58,609 nt of DNA from a virus (lineage: Duplodnaviria; Caudoviricetes), in IMG/VR virus record IMGVR_UViG_3300032280_000090, positions 1 through 58,609 of that record; one strand, 5' to 3'. Positions within the stretch are counted from its first letter, which is position 1; each line of letters opens with the position of its first letter. A program made the position numbers and the translations under genes. Positions 1-7,258 of the stretch are shown here, one piece after another. The notes beneath the pieces are model-generated. The model was not told the DNA's origin and ran no database searches. It saw only the letters and a program-made list of their open reading frames with translations.

Positions 1-213
1 CAAAGAAATACCATTTGCATTATCAATGGTATCAAGAAGAACCTTATTTGCTGTAGTTGCACCTCCATTTGCTTGTGTGGTTGTAGAAAAAATAGCAGCA
101 AAATTGCTAATGTTTACAATCTGAGGATTGTTCAGTAGGTTTGAAACATAATTGCGCCAAGTTGCAGAACCTGAAGCAAGTTGAGCGGTAAGTCGGTATT
201 CTTGTGGTGTCAT
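1..213 (-). CDS. Small putative virion protein, 5' part (continues across the junction into 58609..58502; 106 aa total)
   Basis: ATG at 213 gives 71 open codons (MTPQEYRLTAQLASGSATWRNY...NGISL) to base 1, then continues in frame from 58609 (DVSPANAIQ...SQLS*). Confidence 0.7.
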   Translation of the reverse strand, partial: MTPQEYRLTAQLASGSATWRNYVSNLLNNPQIVNISNFAAIFSTTTQANGGATTANKVLLDTIDNANGISL

Positions 214-236
214 AGTCGTATTATTTAAGCAGTTGA

Positions 237-270
237 GGTTGCTGATGCAAACTTAATTACATCAGCAACC
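237..270 (-). terminator. Stem-loop downstream of the major capsid gene (terminator or mRNA stabiliser)
   Basis: Perfect 11-bp inverted repeat GGTTGCTGATG/CATCAGCAACC with a 12-nt loop just after the MCP stop; no clear U-tract. Confidence 0.55.
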
Positions 271-286
271 GATAACTACCTAACTA

Positions 287-1495
287 TTACAGACCTGTCG
301 AAGAGGTGCTGCAAGGAAGAGGATTGCCGTTGAATGGGCAACGCTTGAACAGAACAGGAACCACATTCTGAGGACGAATCGGCTGGAAGGCACGACTAAT
401 CTGATAGATATGTTGTCCGTAATCGCCATACAAGTTGCAATCATTATCACGGAAATACGTCCACTCTAGCTCACCCATAGCCAATTGAGGAGCGAAACGG
501 AATGTTCCCTCACCAACATAGTTCTCTGGGACGAGACGCTTGAACGAATCACCTGCGATGACGAAACCAACCTCATAATCAGCATTGACCCAAGCAGGGT
601 TACGACGCTGTGCAAAACCATTCTGAACAGATTGCCCAACGATTGGGTTGACAAGGATGAGATCACCATTGGCAGCAAACCCTGTCGCACGAAGCGGCTG
701 TTGGTCGATGCCAAAGGCAAAGCCCCTGTAACCTTGGAACTGATACCCTGCGATGCTCTCCTCACCGAGCTTGAAGCTACCAGCGGATAGATAAAGGAGA
801 TCCTCCTTAACATCTGCATCGTTGCGGATATTCTCAATCGCATCAGAGCCAAGCATCACTTGGAAGAACTCTCCGTCCTTATTGGCGAAAGGCTCAGCAA
901 GCATCTCTTCACGAAGGAATGAACCAATCTTGTAGAGGGTCTTGAAGTTCAATGGGCCATCAGGAAGAACCGGTGCGAACTTGATGTTGATCTGCTGCAT
1001 GTCGCCAGTAAGGTTTTGACCAAACGTGCGAGTGCTGTTGACAACATACTTCACGCCAGACTGAAGCAAGAACTGATAACGAATATCAGCATTGATGATC
1101 TGGAGGATGCTCTTCTCAAGCGCAATCTGAGCCTGAAGATAGCTACCCTTGAAAGCAGTACGAGCTTGCTTAACGCAAACACGTGGGCCTGCTCCACGAA
1201 GAGTCTGAAGTTGGAACTGATACTCGGTCGTACCAACTTGGTCAGGGGTTGCACCAACACCGCAAAGGTTGATGTCGTTGACGAAGTTAGGAGTTGCGAG
1301 TGATGCCGCAGGGACAGCCATCTCCTCAACGATAGAACGTACAACGTCCGATGCGCTGGAGAGTGTGCCGCCGTCGATGGCGTTAATATAAGGGGACTTG
1401 CGAGCCAAGACTTTTGCGATTTGCCCGATGATACGATTGGTATCTTTGGACGCAAAGTTCTGGATTGTTGCTACTGGAATACATTCGTTTGCCAT
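287..1495 (-). CDS. Major capsid protein
   Basis: 402 aa, downstream of portal and scaffold, own promoter and leader, followed by a hairpin; size and position typical of HK97-fold MCPs. Confidence 0.8.
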   Translation of the reverse strand: MANECIPVATIQNFASKDTNRIIGQIAKVLARKSPYINAIDGGTLSSASDVVRSIVEEMAVPAASLATPNFVNDINLCGVGATPDQVGTTEYQFQLQTLRGAGPRVCVKQARTAFKGSYLQAQIALEKSILQIINADIRYQFLLQSGVKYVVNSTRTFGQNLTGDMQQINIKFAPVLPDGPLNFKTLYKIGSFLREEMLAEPFANKDGEFFQVMLGSDAIENIRNDADVKEDLLYLSAGSFKLGEESIAGYQFQGYRGFAFGIDQQPLRATGFAANGDLILVNPIVGQSVQNGFAQRRNPAWVNADYEVGFVIAGDSFKRLVPENYVGEGTFRFAPQLAMGELEWTYFRDNDCNLYGDYGQHIYQISRAFQPIRPQNVVPVLFKRCPFNGNPLPCSTSSTGL

Positions 1496-1710
1496 GTCGT
1501 TTTGTTGTTTTTGTTCCTCGCAGGGTTCTCAACAAAGTTGTGAAGTGAGAAAACCACAAGGGTGAACAGCGGTTGCGTGCAACCACGATTCGTAAGTTGT
1601 GTTTTGTTCACTTCCCGGCACGCTGGAAGCAATGATTGCGGCCTGATTGATGAGTCCTTTTAGCTCTCACCTAGCTATTCCCATACGGAGGGAACCTGCC
1701 GAAGTTGATG
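1496..1710 (-). ncRNA. Structured 5' leader of the capsid gene (candidate cis-regulatory RNA)
   Basis: Several nested inverted repeats: 1678-1694, 1661-1677, 1611-1629, 1562-1568/1605-1611, 1571-1584, 1526-1551, plus a basal pairing 1520-1528/1692-1699. Confidence 0.5.
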
Positions 1711-1742
1711 AACTATTAAGCAATTCTTACAAGTTGGTCAAT
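1711..1742 (-). promoter_or_regulatory. Putative sigma70-type capsid promoter overlapped by a palindromic operator
   Basis: Minus strand TTGACC-17nt-TAATAG; overlapping imperfect palindrome AACTatTAAG-caatt-CTTAcaAGTT at 1711-1735. Confidence 0.45.
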
Positions 1743-1744
1743 AA

Positions 1745-2326
1745 TTATTTTAACTTTTTTACAACAAACTCAATAAATGCTTCTACCGCATTTACTCTTT
1801 CATAGGTTTGATCCACGGATGTTCCTAGCTTGTAGTTGTAGTTTGTGTCTACAAGTCTACATATTTCTGTTTTATGCTCCCCGAAGTTTTCTTCCAGCCA
1901 TTCAGGAAATTTCACATGGTTCGGAGCAGGGGATCCAATCTGCCACATGGAAAACGTGCTTTTGTGGTCGGGGTTGTAGCGAGAAGGCCAAACCATACCC
2001 TCATAAAGCTCCCACGATGGGATTGTAATCACCGCAAAGCCTCCGACCTTAAGAACCCTCATCCATGAATTCAAAGCGGCTACAGGGTCGTGCATGTGCT
2101 CTAAACACTGCGAGGCGTGAATGTAGTCGAAGGATTCCGCAGGGAAGTATTCGTGAAGTTTGTTTGCGTCACCATCTTCAACATCAAAACCTATTACTCC
2201 GTCAATTTTAATAAGATCGTCACCTGCTCCGATGTCGATTCCTTTACCTTTAAATATCTTTTCCCAAAATGATTTGTCTTTTCCGGTCATTCTGCGAGTC
2301 ATTGCTTTGGAGGATTCTTGGCACAT
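1745..2326 (-). CDS. Class I SAM-dependent methyltransferase (Methyltransf_11-like)
   Basis: GIDIGAG motif I, FDYIHASQCLEH, WMRVLKVGG. Confidence 0.85.
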   Translation of the reverse strand: MCQESSKAMTRRMTGKDKSFWEKIFKGKGIDIGAGDDLIKIDGVIGFDVEDGDANKLHEYFPAESFDYIHASQCLEHMHDPVAALNSWMRVLKVGGFAVITIPSWELYEGMVWPSRYNPDHKSTFSMWQIGSPAPNHVKFPEWLEENFGEHKTEICRLVDTNYNYKLGTSVDQTYERVNAVEAFIEFVVKKLK

Positions 2327-2334
2327 ATAGGTTT

Positions 2335-2913
2335 TTAGTTAGGGATTAGGTCTTGGTACTTGTCTCGGTGAAAAATTACTGCATCATTGCGTATCATGCT
2401 TCTGTCTCTTGGGAATCGGTGCGGTTCAGCTTTCCCGTGATCGTTATATATTCCGTAACTATGCTGAATCATAGGAGACCAGCGAATCAGATTCCACTCT
2501 TTCCGTAAAAGCCACATATCCCACCCATGCCCATGTAAATCTCCATCTATTACTTTTGGGATTATATCTTTAGTTCTAGGCCCATATACCCCGATGCCTC
2601 CTATGAAGTCATGAGGAGGATTACTATCTGAAGAAAGCATGAACTCTTTATTGTAATCACGATATTCATATTCAATCTTTTCAAGCCAGCCAGCGCAAAG
2701 CGGAATAGAATCCGGTTCAAGCCAAAAGAACGCTTCTCCTGCCATAATCTGTGCCGCTTGATGAAAAGCGCAATTATTTCTTGCAGGGTACTCTTTTGTT
2801 TCGTCAATAACCGGTATCACAAGAACCTCGGTTCCATCTAGCCCCTTAATGTAGCTGATGAGATTGTCAACTTCTTTGGCTTGACGTTCAGCGGCTACGA
2901 TTACTGCTTTCAT
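2335..2913 (-). CDS. Putative glycosyltransferase (GT-A-like)
   Basis: FFWLEPDSIPL (DxD-like), GIGVY, GWDMW; lies within the GT cluster. Confidence 0.55.
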   Translation of the reverse strand: MKAVIVAAERQAKEVDNLISYIKGLDGTEVLVIPVIDETKEYPARNNCAFHQAAQIMAGEAFFWLEPDSIPLCAGWLEKIEYEYRDYNKEFMLSSDSNPPHDFIGGIGVYGPRTKDIIPKVIDGDLHGHGWDMWLLRKEWNLIRWSPMIQHSYGIYNDHGKAEPHRFPRDRSMIRNDAVIFHRDKYQDLIPN

Positions 2914-3650
2914 TTCACTAATTTATCAAATTGCACATTACCATCAGAACAATACCAAGCTCCTTCGTATGGAATTATGCTGTTCGGCGCAATTATATAT
3001 GTTTCCTGTAGTAATGGTTTACGCAATCCTGCCGCAATCCAGAATGCACTAGATTGATTTCCAACAAAGAAGTCAGCCCCTTCGATTGCTTTTGCGACTT
3101 CTAAGCAGCTTGCCGTATGGTAACGCTCCACTTTGCCAACCACATTACAAAAGTCATCATATTCATGATCTGCGCCTATGAATAAAGCCTTATCACCAAA
3201 GAATTTCAGAACCTTTTTCCAAGGAAAACTATCATTCCTATATCGTGGTGATCTGTTAAAAATAACTCTATTTTTTGTTAAAGGATCAGCTTCTACTTTT
3301 AGCCAAGGCTCGGTTATTTCAAAATGACCATTTGTTTTGTCAACTACGCCTAAAAACCTAGCTTGCGAATCCATGAGGGATATATCGTCCTTGTAACACT
3401 CCCTCCAATTTGTAGTGTCATAATCTATAGCGAAAGATGATGTGTTTATGTCAGATGGAATTCCTTGGTTTTCCAGTAAAGGCTTTAAGGAGTTGTATTT
3501 GAAGCCCGACATTGGCTCTCCCCAACTTGCGTCTGTTATAACTAAGCGAGTTGCGTTAAGTTTCCGATAAATCGGGATGAATGCTATAATGTCGCCAATA
3601 TGCCCTTGGTGGAGAACAGTAACTTCTCTACTGAAGGGGCTTTTTATCAC
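2910..3650 (-). CDS. GT9/heptosyltransferase-like glycosyltransferase (GT-B fold)
   Basis: HQGHIGDII and AIEGADFFVGNQSSAFWIAAGLRKP resemble the GT9 signatures (IGD; VGNDSG..H.A.AL..P). Confidence 0.75.
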   Translation of the reverse strand: MIKSPFSREVTVLHQGHIGDIIAFIPIYRKLNATRLVITDASWGEPMSGFKYNSLKPLLENQGIPSDINTSSFAIDYDTTNWRECYKDDISLMDSQARFLGVVDKTNGHFEITEPWLKVEADPLTKNRVIFNRSPRYRNDSFPWKKVLKFFGDKALFIGADHEYDDFCNVVGKVERYHTASCLEVAKAIEGADFFVGNQSSAFWIAAGLRKPLLQETYIIAPNSIIPYEGAWYCSDGNVQFDKLVK

Positions 3651-4228
3651 TTCAGTAATTTCTGCATGAGTGATGATCTTGTTTCATCCTCAGTCTTTTT
3701 CACATGAACAACGCTTTTCCTGTATCCTGCAGTTGTTTGGTTAATCTCAAGCAACTCGTATTCTGGAACAAGTTTATCATCTTTCATAAACTCAGAAGTA
3801 AGGAACTTTTTAATAGCTTTTCCGCAATGCTCCTGAGTTGCATAAAAGAGATAAGCAGGATCACCAACTATCAACAATGTGTGCTTTTCTTCGGTCTTTT
3901 CTGCCGCTTCAGGCTTAAAGGATCTGTTAAAAACATCGTAGTCAGACATCCATCCACCGCCAGCCGCATGAAGAGCGCACCACCTAGCAAACCTAGCTGA
4001 AATCTTGTTGAATTCTACGGCTAGTTCCGGTGGCAGACTTAGCCCTAGGTTCATTACCTTTTGTTGTAGTTTTCCATACATGGGGCATGATTGCGCATGG
4101 CTTCTGTTAAGCATGGCGGTTTCCCATCCGTTTTGTTCCCAACTGGTTTTCCAGTAGTTAGCGCAAGCGAACTCTTCGCTTTGGTTTTCGGTCTGGATGG
4201 AATCGTAGAAAGCGTATATTTTGTTCAT
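3647..4228 (-). CDS. Putative DxD glycosyltransferase (GT32/Och1-like)
   Basis: RWCALHAAGGGWMSDYDV resembles the R...LY..GG.Y.D.D motif; SWEQNGWE N-terminal motif. Confidence 0.65.
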   Translation of the reverse strand: MNKIYAFYDSIQTENQSEEFACANYWKTSWEQNGWETAMLNRSHAQSCPMYGKLQQKVMNLGLSLPPELAVEFNKISARFARWCALHAAGGGWMSDYDVFNRSFKPEAAEKTEEKHTLLIVGDPAYLFYATQEHCGKAIKKFLTSEFMKDDKLVPEYELLEINQTTAGYRKSVVHVKKTEDETRSSLMQKLLK

Positions 4229-4229
4229 T

Positions 4230-5267
4230 TTAGTATGTTTTTACTCCCACATGGTAAATCGGTATTCCGATGTCAAGATGCGGTTGGTGTCCTGCCTCTT
4301 TTGCTCGTTTGCAAAAAGCAACATCCTCACCTCCAGCACTATCGTTAGGCCTGAAGTAATCGTAATCGTAATCTGGCACTTCTATCTTTAAAGAGTCTCC
4401 ATAATGCGAACGAATATCTTGGAAAACTTTCCTATGGATTAAGATGAATCCTGTTCCCATCCAATCCACCGGAACTACAGCGTCCTCGTATTGCTTTGCT
4501 CTGGTAAAAAGAGATTGGTCGCTACACATTAAAGCCCCACCTTCTTGCCGCCCAAAGTATGCACCGCCGACGAGTGTTTTATTTGCCCCGATTAGCCTAT
4601 GAATTCCATGCCTTTGAATTGATGCTTCCTCGGTATTCTTTGCGGCACGCACCCAATAACGCAACCAAGCTGGACGCCCGATGCTTGGAATAATATCATC
4701 ATCAATCATCAACATCCATTTTGCATCAGTTTCTAGGAACTTATGCGCTAGACGATTCCTAGCATGTTCAATCTTGCTATCCCCAATGGACATATCAAAT
4801 CTGATTTTGTCTTTTCCGAAGTCCAAAGCATAAGCAACTTGCGTCATTGCCGTAACAGGATTGGTCGTTTTATACCAAGGCCATGCAACAAAAATGTCAC
4901 GACCTGCGAACTCGCACCGATAGCTTGGCAACCCATCGGGACTTCTGGATTCTATAATTGGATTATTAAAACTCTCTTCCGCTTCTGCAAGAGTTACGCC
5001 ACTTAATACTGGTTCGTTTTCACTAGCTAGAAACTCCGCAACATCGTCAGGAACCGCCTGAATATCTTCATCGGCAAGAATGCCCTCATCTTCAATAAAA
5101 GGAAGCTCTGCGTCATCCTCGAACGATTGCAGGGGTTCTATTGGCTTAACTGGCCTTCCGTCCAGACTGCGAGTTGGTTGTGAAGGTGTATCGAAAGGAT
5201 TAGTTGAGCCAATAGCCCTAGCAGTCCTTTCCGTCATCGGCGTACTGATTGGATCTCTTGGCGTCAT
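4230..5267 (-). CDS. GT2-like glycosyltransferase with an acidic N-terminal extension
   Basis: ARNRLAHKFL, WMLMIDDD, GTGFILIHRKVF, GEDVAFCKRA. Confidence 0.8.
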   Translation of the reverse strand: MTPRDPISTPMTERTARAIGSTNPFDTPSQPTRSLDGRPVKPIEPLQSFEDDAELPFIEDEGILADEDIQAVPDDVAEFLASENEPVLSGVTLAEAEESFNNPIIESRSPDGLPSYRCEFAGRDIFVAWPWYKTTNPVTAMTQVAYALDFGKDKIRFDMSIGDSKIEHARNRLAHKFLETDAKWMLMIDDDIIPSIGRPAWLRYWVRAAKNTEEASIQRHGIHRLIGANKTLVGGAYFGRQEGGALMCSDQSLFTRAKQYEDAVVPVDWMGTGFILIHRKVFQDIRSHYGDSLKIEVPDYDYDYFRPNDSAGGEDVAFCKRAKEAGHQPHLDIGIPIYHVGVKTY

Positions 5268-5269
5268 AA

Positions 5270-6571
5270 TTATGCGCCAGCTTCATCCAGACCCATTTCG
5301 ATAGCGTCCATAGGATTCATTTTAAGCCTAGCGTTTGCGTCAGGCTTAGTCTGCGCAGGTGTAGTTACGTTGGTTTTAGGCACTTTTCCTGCACCTTTCA
5401 GGCGATTGTTCTCATCCGTTAAACGCTTGATTTGTTGCATGGCAGTTTCACGATGGCCTTGCTCCAACCTAAGTTGATCGGCTAGTTTGTGGCTAAGAAC
5501 AGCGGCAGCAGCTACAGATGCCCTTTCCTCGGAATTCTGAGGCCAAAGAGCAGTATTAAACTTATTGTGCAAATCCGTTACCATTGCGTTATGCTGTTGG
5601 ATCTTTTGGATTTGTTCCTGTGAAGCATTTTGTTCTGCTTGCTGATACCTAGCCCAAGGAATATCTTTCGTGATTCCTTCGATATGCTTTTGGATCCCTT
5701 CGTTTTCTTGCTTGTACCAGTTAATGTTCTGGTTTTTGCGCTCCTCAAGAATCTGTTCAGCATTCTCGGCAGCGTATGAGATTTCCTTCTCTTGCTCCAT
5801 TTTCAGCTTATTAATGCTTTTAAGATTATCTTTTAAGTCATCAGCATCTAGCATTGGCAGTTTGTCGATAGCGTTTTCTTTCCACCAATTCTGGTCAATC
5901 TTGTCTGGCCCTCCTGCCTTTTCAATGCTTTCGATTAGCTCGTCAGTAGCACCATTCTTTTTCATTACCGAGTAAATGGTTTCTTTTGCGGTTTTAAGAG
6001 GCTCCTCGTACTTGCTTATGAAAGTCGGATCGTTCTTAAAGTCGATAATAGCCTTAAACTTCTTTAGCTCCTCGTAATCTGAAGGAGTTGCGGCAGTCTG
6101 CGAGCTTGTTTCAGCTAGTCTTTGACGGAGGACTTCCGCTTCTTCGGCTTGCTTTTTGTATTGCGTGGCAGTTTCTTGGAGCTTACGCCAGTTGTTTTGG
6201 TTTTTTTCGGAGAGGTTTCGGGGCTGTTCGATTGCTGCGATTTCTGGGTCGATGTCTGCTCTTTCAACTCCGATGGGATTAGGATTTCCATTTCCCGATT
6301 GATCCTCAAAATTAGGTGCAGCATCGGGACTGACAATCGGATCTGCATCTTGATCGGCAGGAGCATGAACAGGCGGAGTAGGATCTTGGTTATTAGTGCT
6401 TTCATTTTCGGTATTTGGTTCGTTGTTTGTTTCGCTTTCTGCTTCGTCAAGAAGAGAATCTAGGTGATTGTGGATGTCCTGAGTTACAGGGTCAGCGTCT
6501 AGCCTTTCTGCCCCACCATTGGGATTTGCGGCTGTGATTTCTGGCACTTCGTTGTTGTTTTCTTCGTCCAT
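5270..6571 (-). CDS. Putative capsid scaffolding protein
   Basis: Acidic disordered N-terminus plus long coiled coil; lies between portal and MCP. Confidence 0.6.
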   Translation of the reverse strand: MDEENNNEVPEITAANPNGGAERLDADPVTQDIHNHLDSLLDEAESETNNEPNTENESTNNQDPTPPVHAPADQDADPIVSPDAAPNFEDQSGNGNPNPIGVERADIDPEIAAIEQPRNLSEKNQNNWRKLQETATQYKKQAEEAEVLRQRLAETSSQTAATPSDYEELKKFKAIIDFKNDPTFISKYEEPLKTAKETIYSVMKKNGATDELIESIEKAGGPDKIDQNWWKENAIDKLPMLDADDLKDNLKSINKLKMEQEKEISYAAENAEQILEERKNQNINWYKQENEGIQKHIEGITKDIPWARYQQAEQNASQEQIQKIQQHNAMVTDLHNKFNTALWPQNSEERASVAAAAVLSHKLADQLRLEQGHRETAMQQIKRLTDENNRLKGAGKVPKTNVTTPAQTKPDANARLKMNPMDAIEMGLDEAGA

Positions 6572-6580
6572 AATTTTTTA

Positions 6581-6820
6581 TTACATTGATGTGAATGAAG
6601 CTGTAGCAGCATCATCGGTTTTATCTTCGTCGGAGAGTATTTCATCCAAGCGAGCAATCATATCTTCTGCGCCTTGTTTGTATGCGGCAGAAAGAGCGTA
6701 AGCCTCCATATCGGCACCTTGCGATCGTGAAACGCAACCCTTAAGGAAAGAAATTAGCTTCCCTCCTGTTTGTTGATTGTATTGTCGAAACCTAGCAGAA
6801 TCAGATTTATCCCAAGTCAT
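6581..6820 (-). CDS. Hypothetical protein (head module)
   Basis: 79-aa ORF abutting the scaffold gene. Confidence 0.6.
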   Translation of the reverse strand: MTWDKSDSARFRQYNQQTGGKLISFLKGCVSRSQGADMEAYALSAAYKQGAEDMIARLDEILSDEDKTDDAATASFTSM

Positions 6821-6849
6821 AATTTATTTCAGATGTGGTTTGTTAGAGC

Positions 6850-6882
6850 ATGATAATTAGCATAAGCAAAAATATCGTCAAT
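6850..6882 (-). promoter_or_regulatory. Putative sigma70-type promoter
   Basis: Minus strand TTGACG-16/17nt-TAATTAT in the intergenic gap. Confidence 0.4.
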
Positions 6883-6906
6883 CAGTTATTTTAAGAGCAA
6901 GTACGT

Positions 6907-7224
6907 TTATTTACGCTTCTTCATTTTCTTGGCAGTCTTAGCTTTCATGTATTCACTTGGGGTTTCTAACGCCTCATTGTCGATATTTGAATTTGAGGAA
7001 GTATTAGTAAAATCACTCATCTGTTTATTTTGGAAATCCATTTCCGCAGAATCCCTTGCGGCTTGAAATTCCTGAGCTTTTTGCGATTCGGAAGCTAGGT
7101 CAGCGTTACGAAGTTGTTCTTGTTCGGGAGTAAGAGTAACAGCATTGCCTTCTGTATCATAGGTGCCCCTAGAAACAGGAATGTTTGCTGATGCCGGTGT
7201 TGGTGTTGCTGCTGTTCCGCCCAT
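6907..7224 (-). CDS. Hypothetical protein (MGG-start, basic C-terminus)
   Basis: 105-aa ORF with an A-rich leader directly after the portal gene. Confidence 0.6.
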   Translation of the reverse strand: MGGTAATPTPASANIPVSRGTYDTEGNAVTLTPEQEQLRNADLASESQKAQEFQAARDSAEMDFQNKQMSDFTNTSSNSNIDNEALETPSEYMKAKTAKKMKKRK

Positions 7225-7258
7225 ATTATTATTTGTGTTGGTTGTTTTAGTTGGTGAA

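Noticed and set aside
1640-1700. Hammerhead-like TGATGAG on the plus strand
   Set aside because: No CUGAUGA/GAAA core with the required stems
1745-2326. Methyltransferase as the DNA C5 methylase partner of TET
   Set aside because: It lacks the PC and ENV motifs, resembles small-molecule or glycan methyltransferases, and sits in the GT cluster
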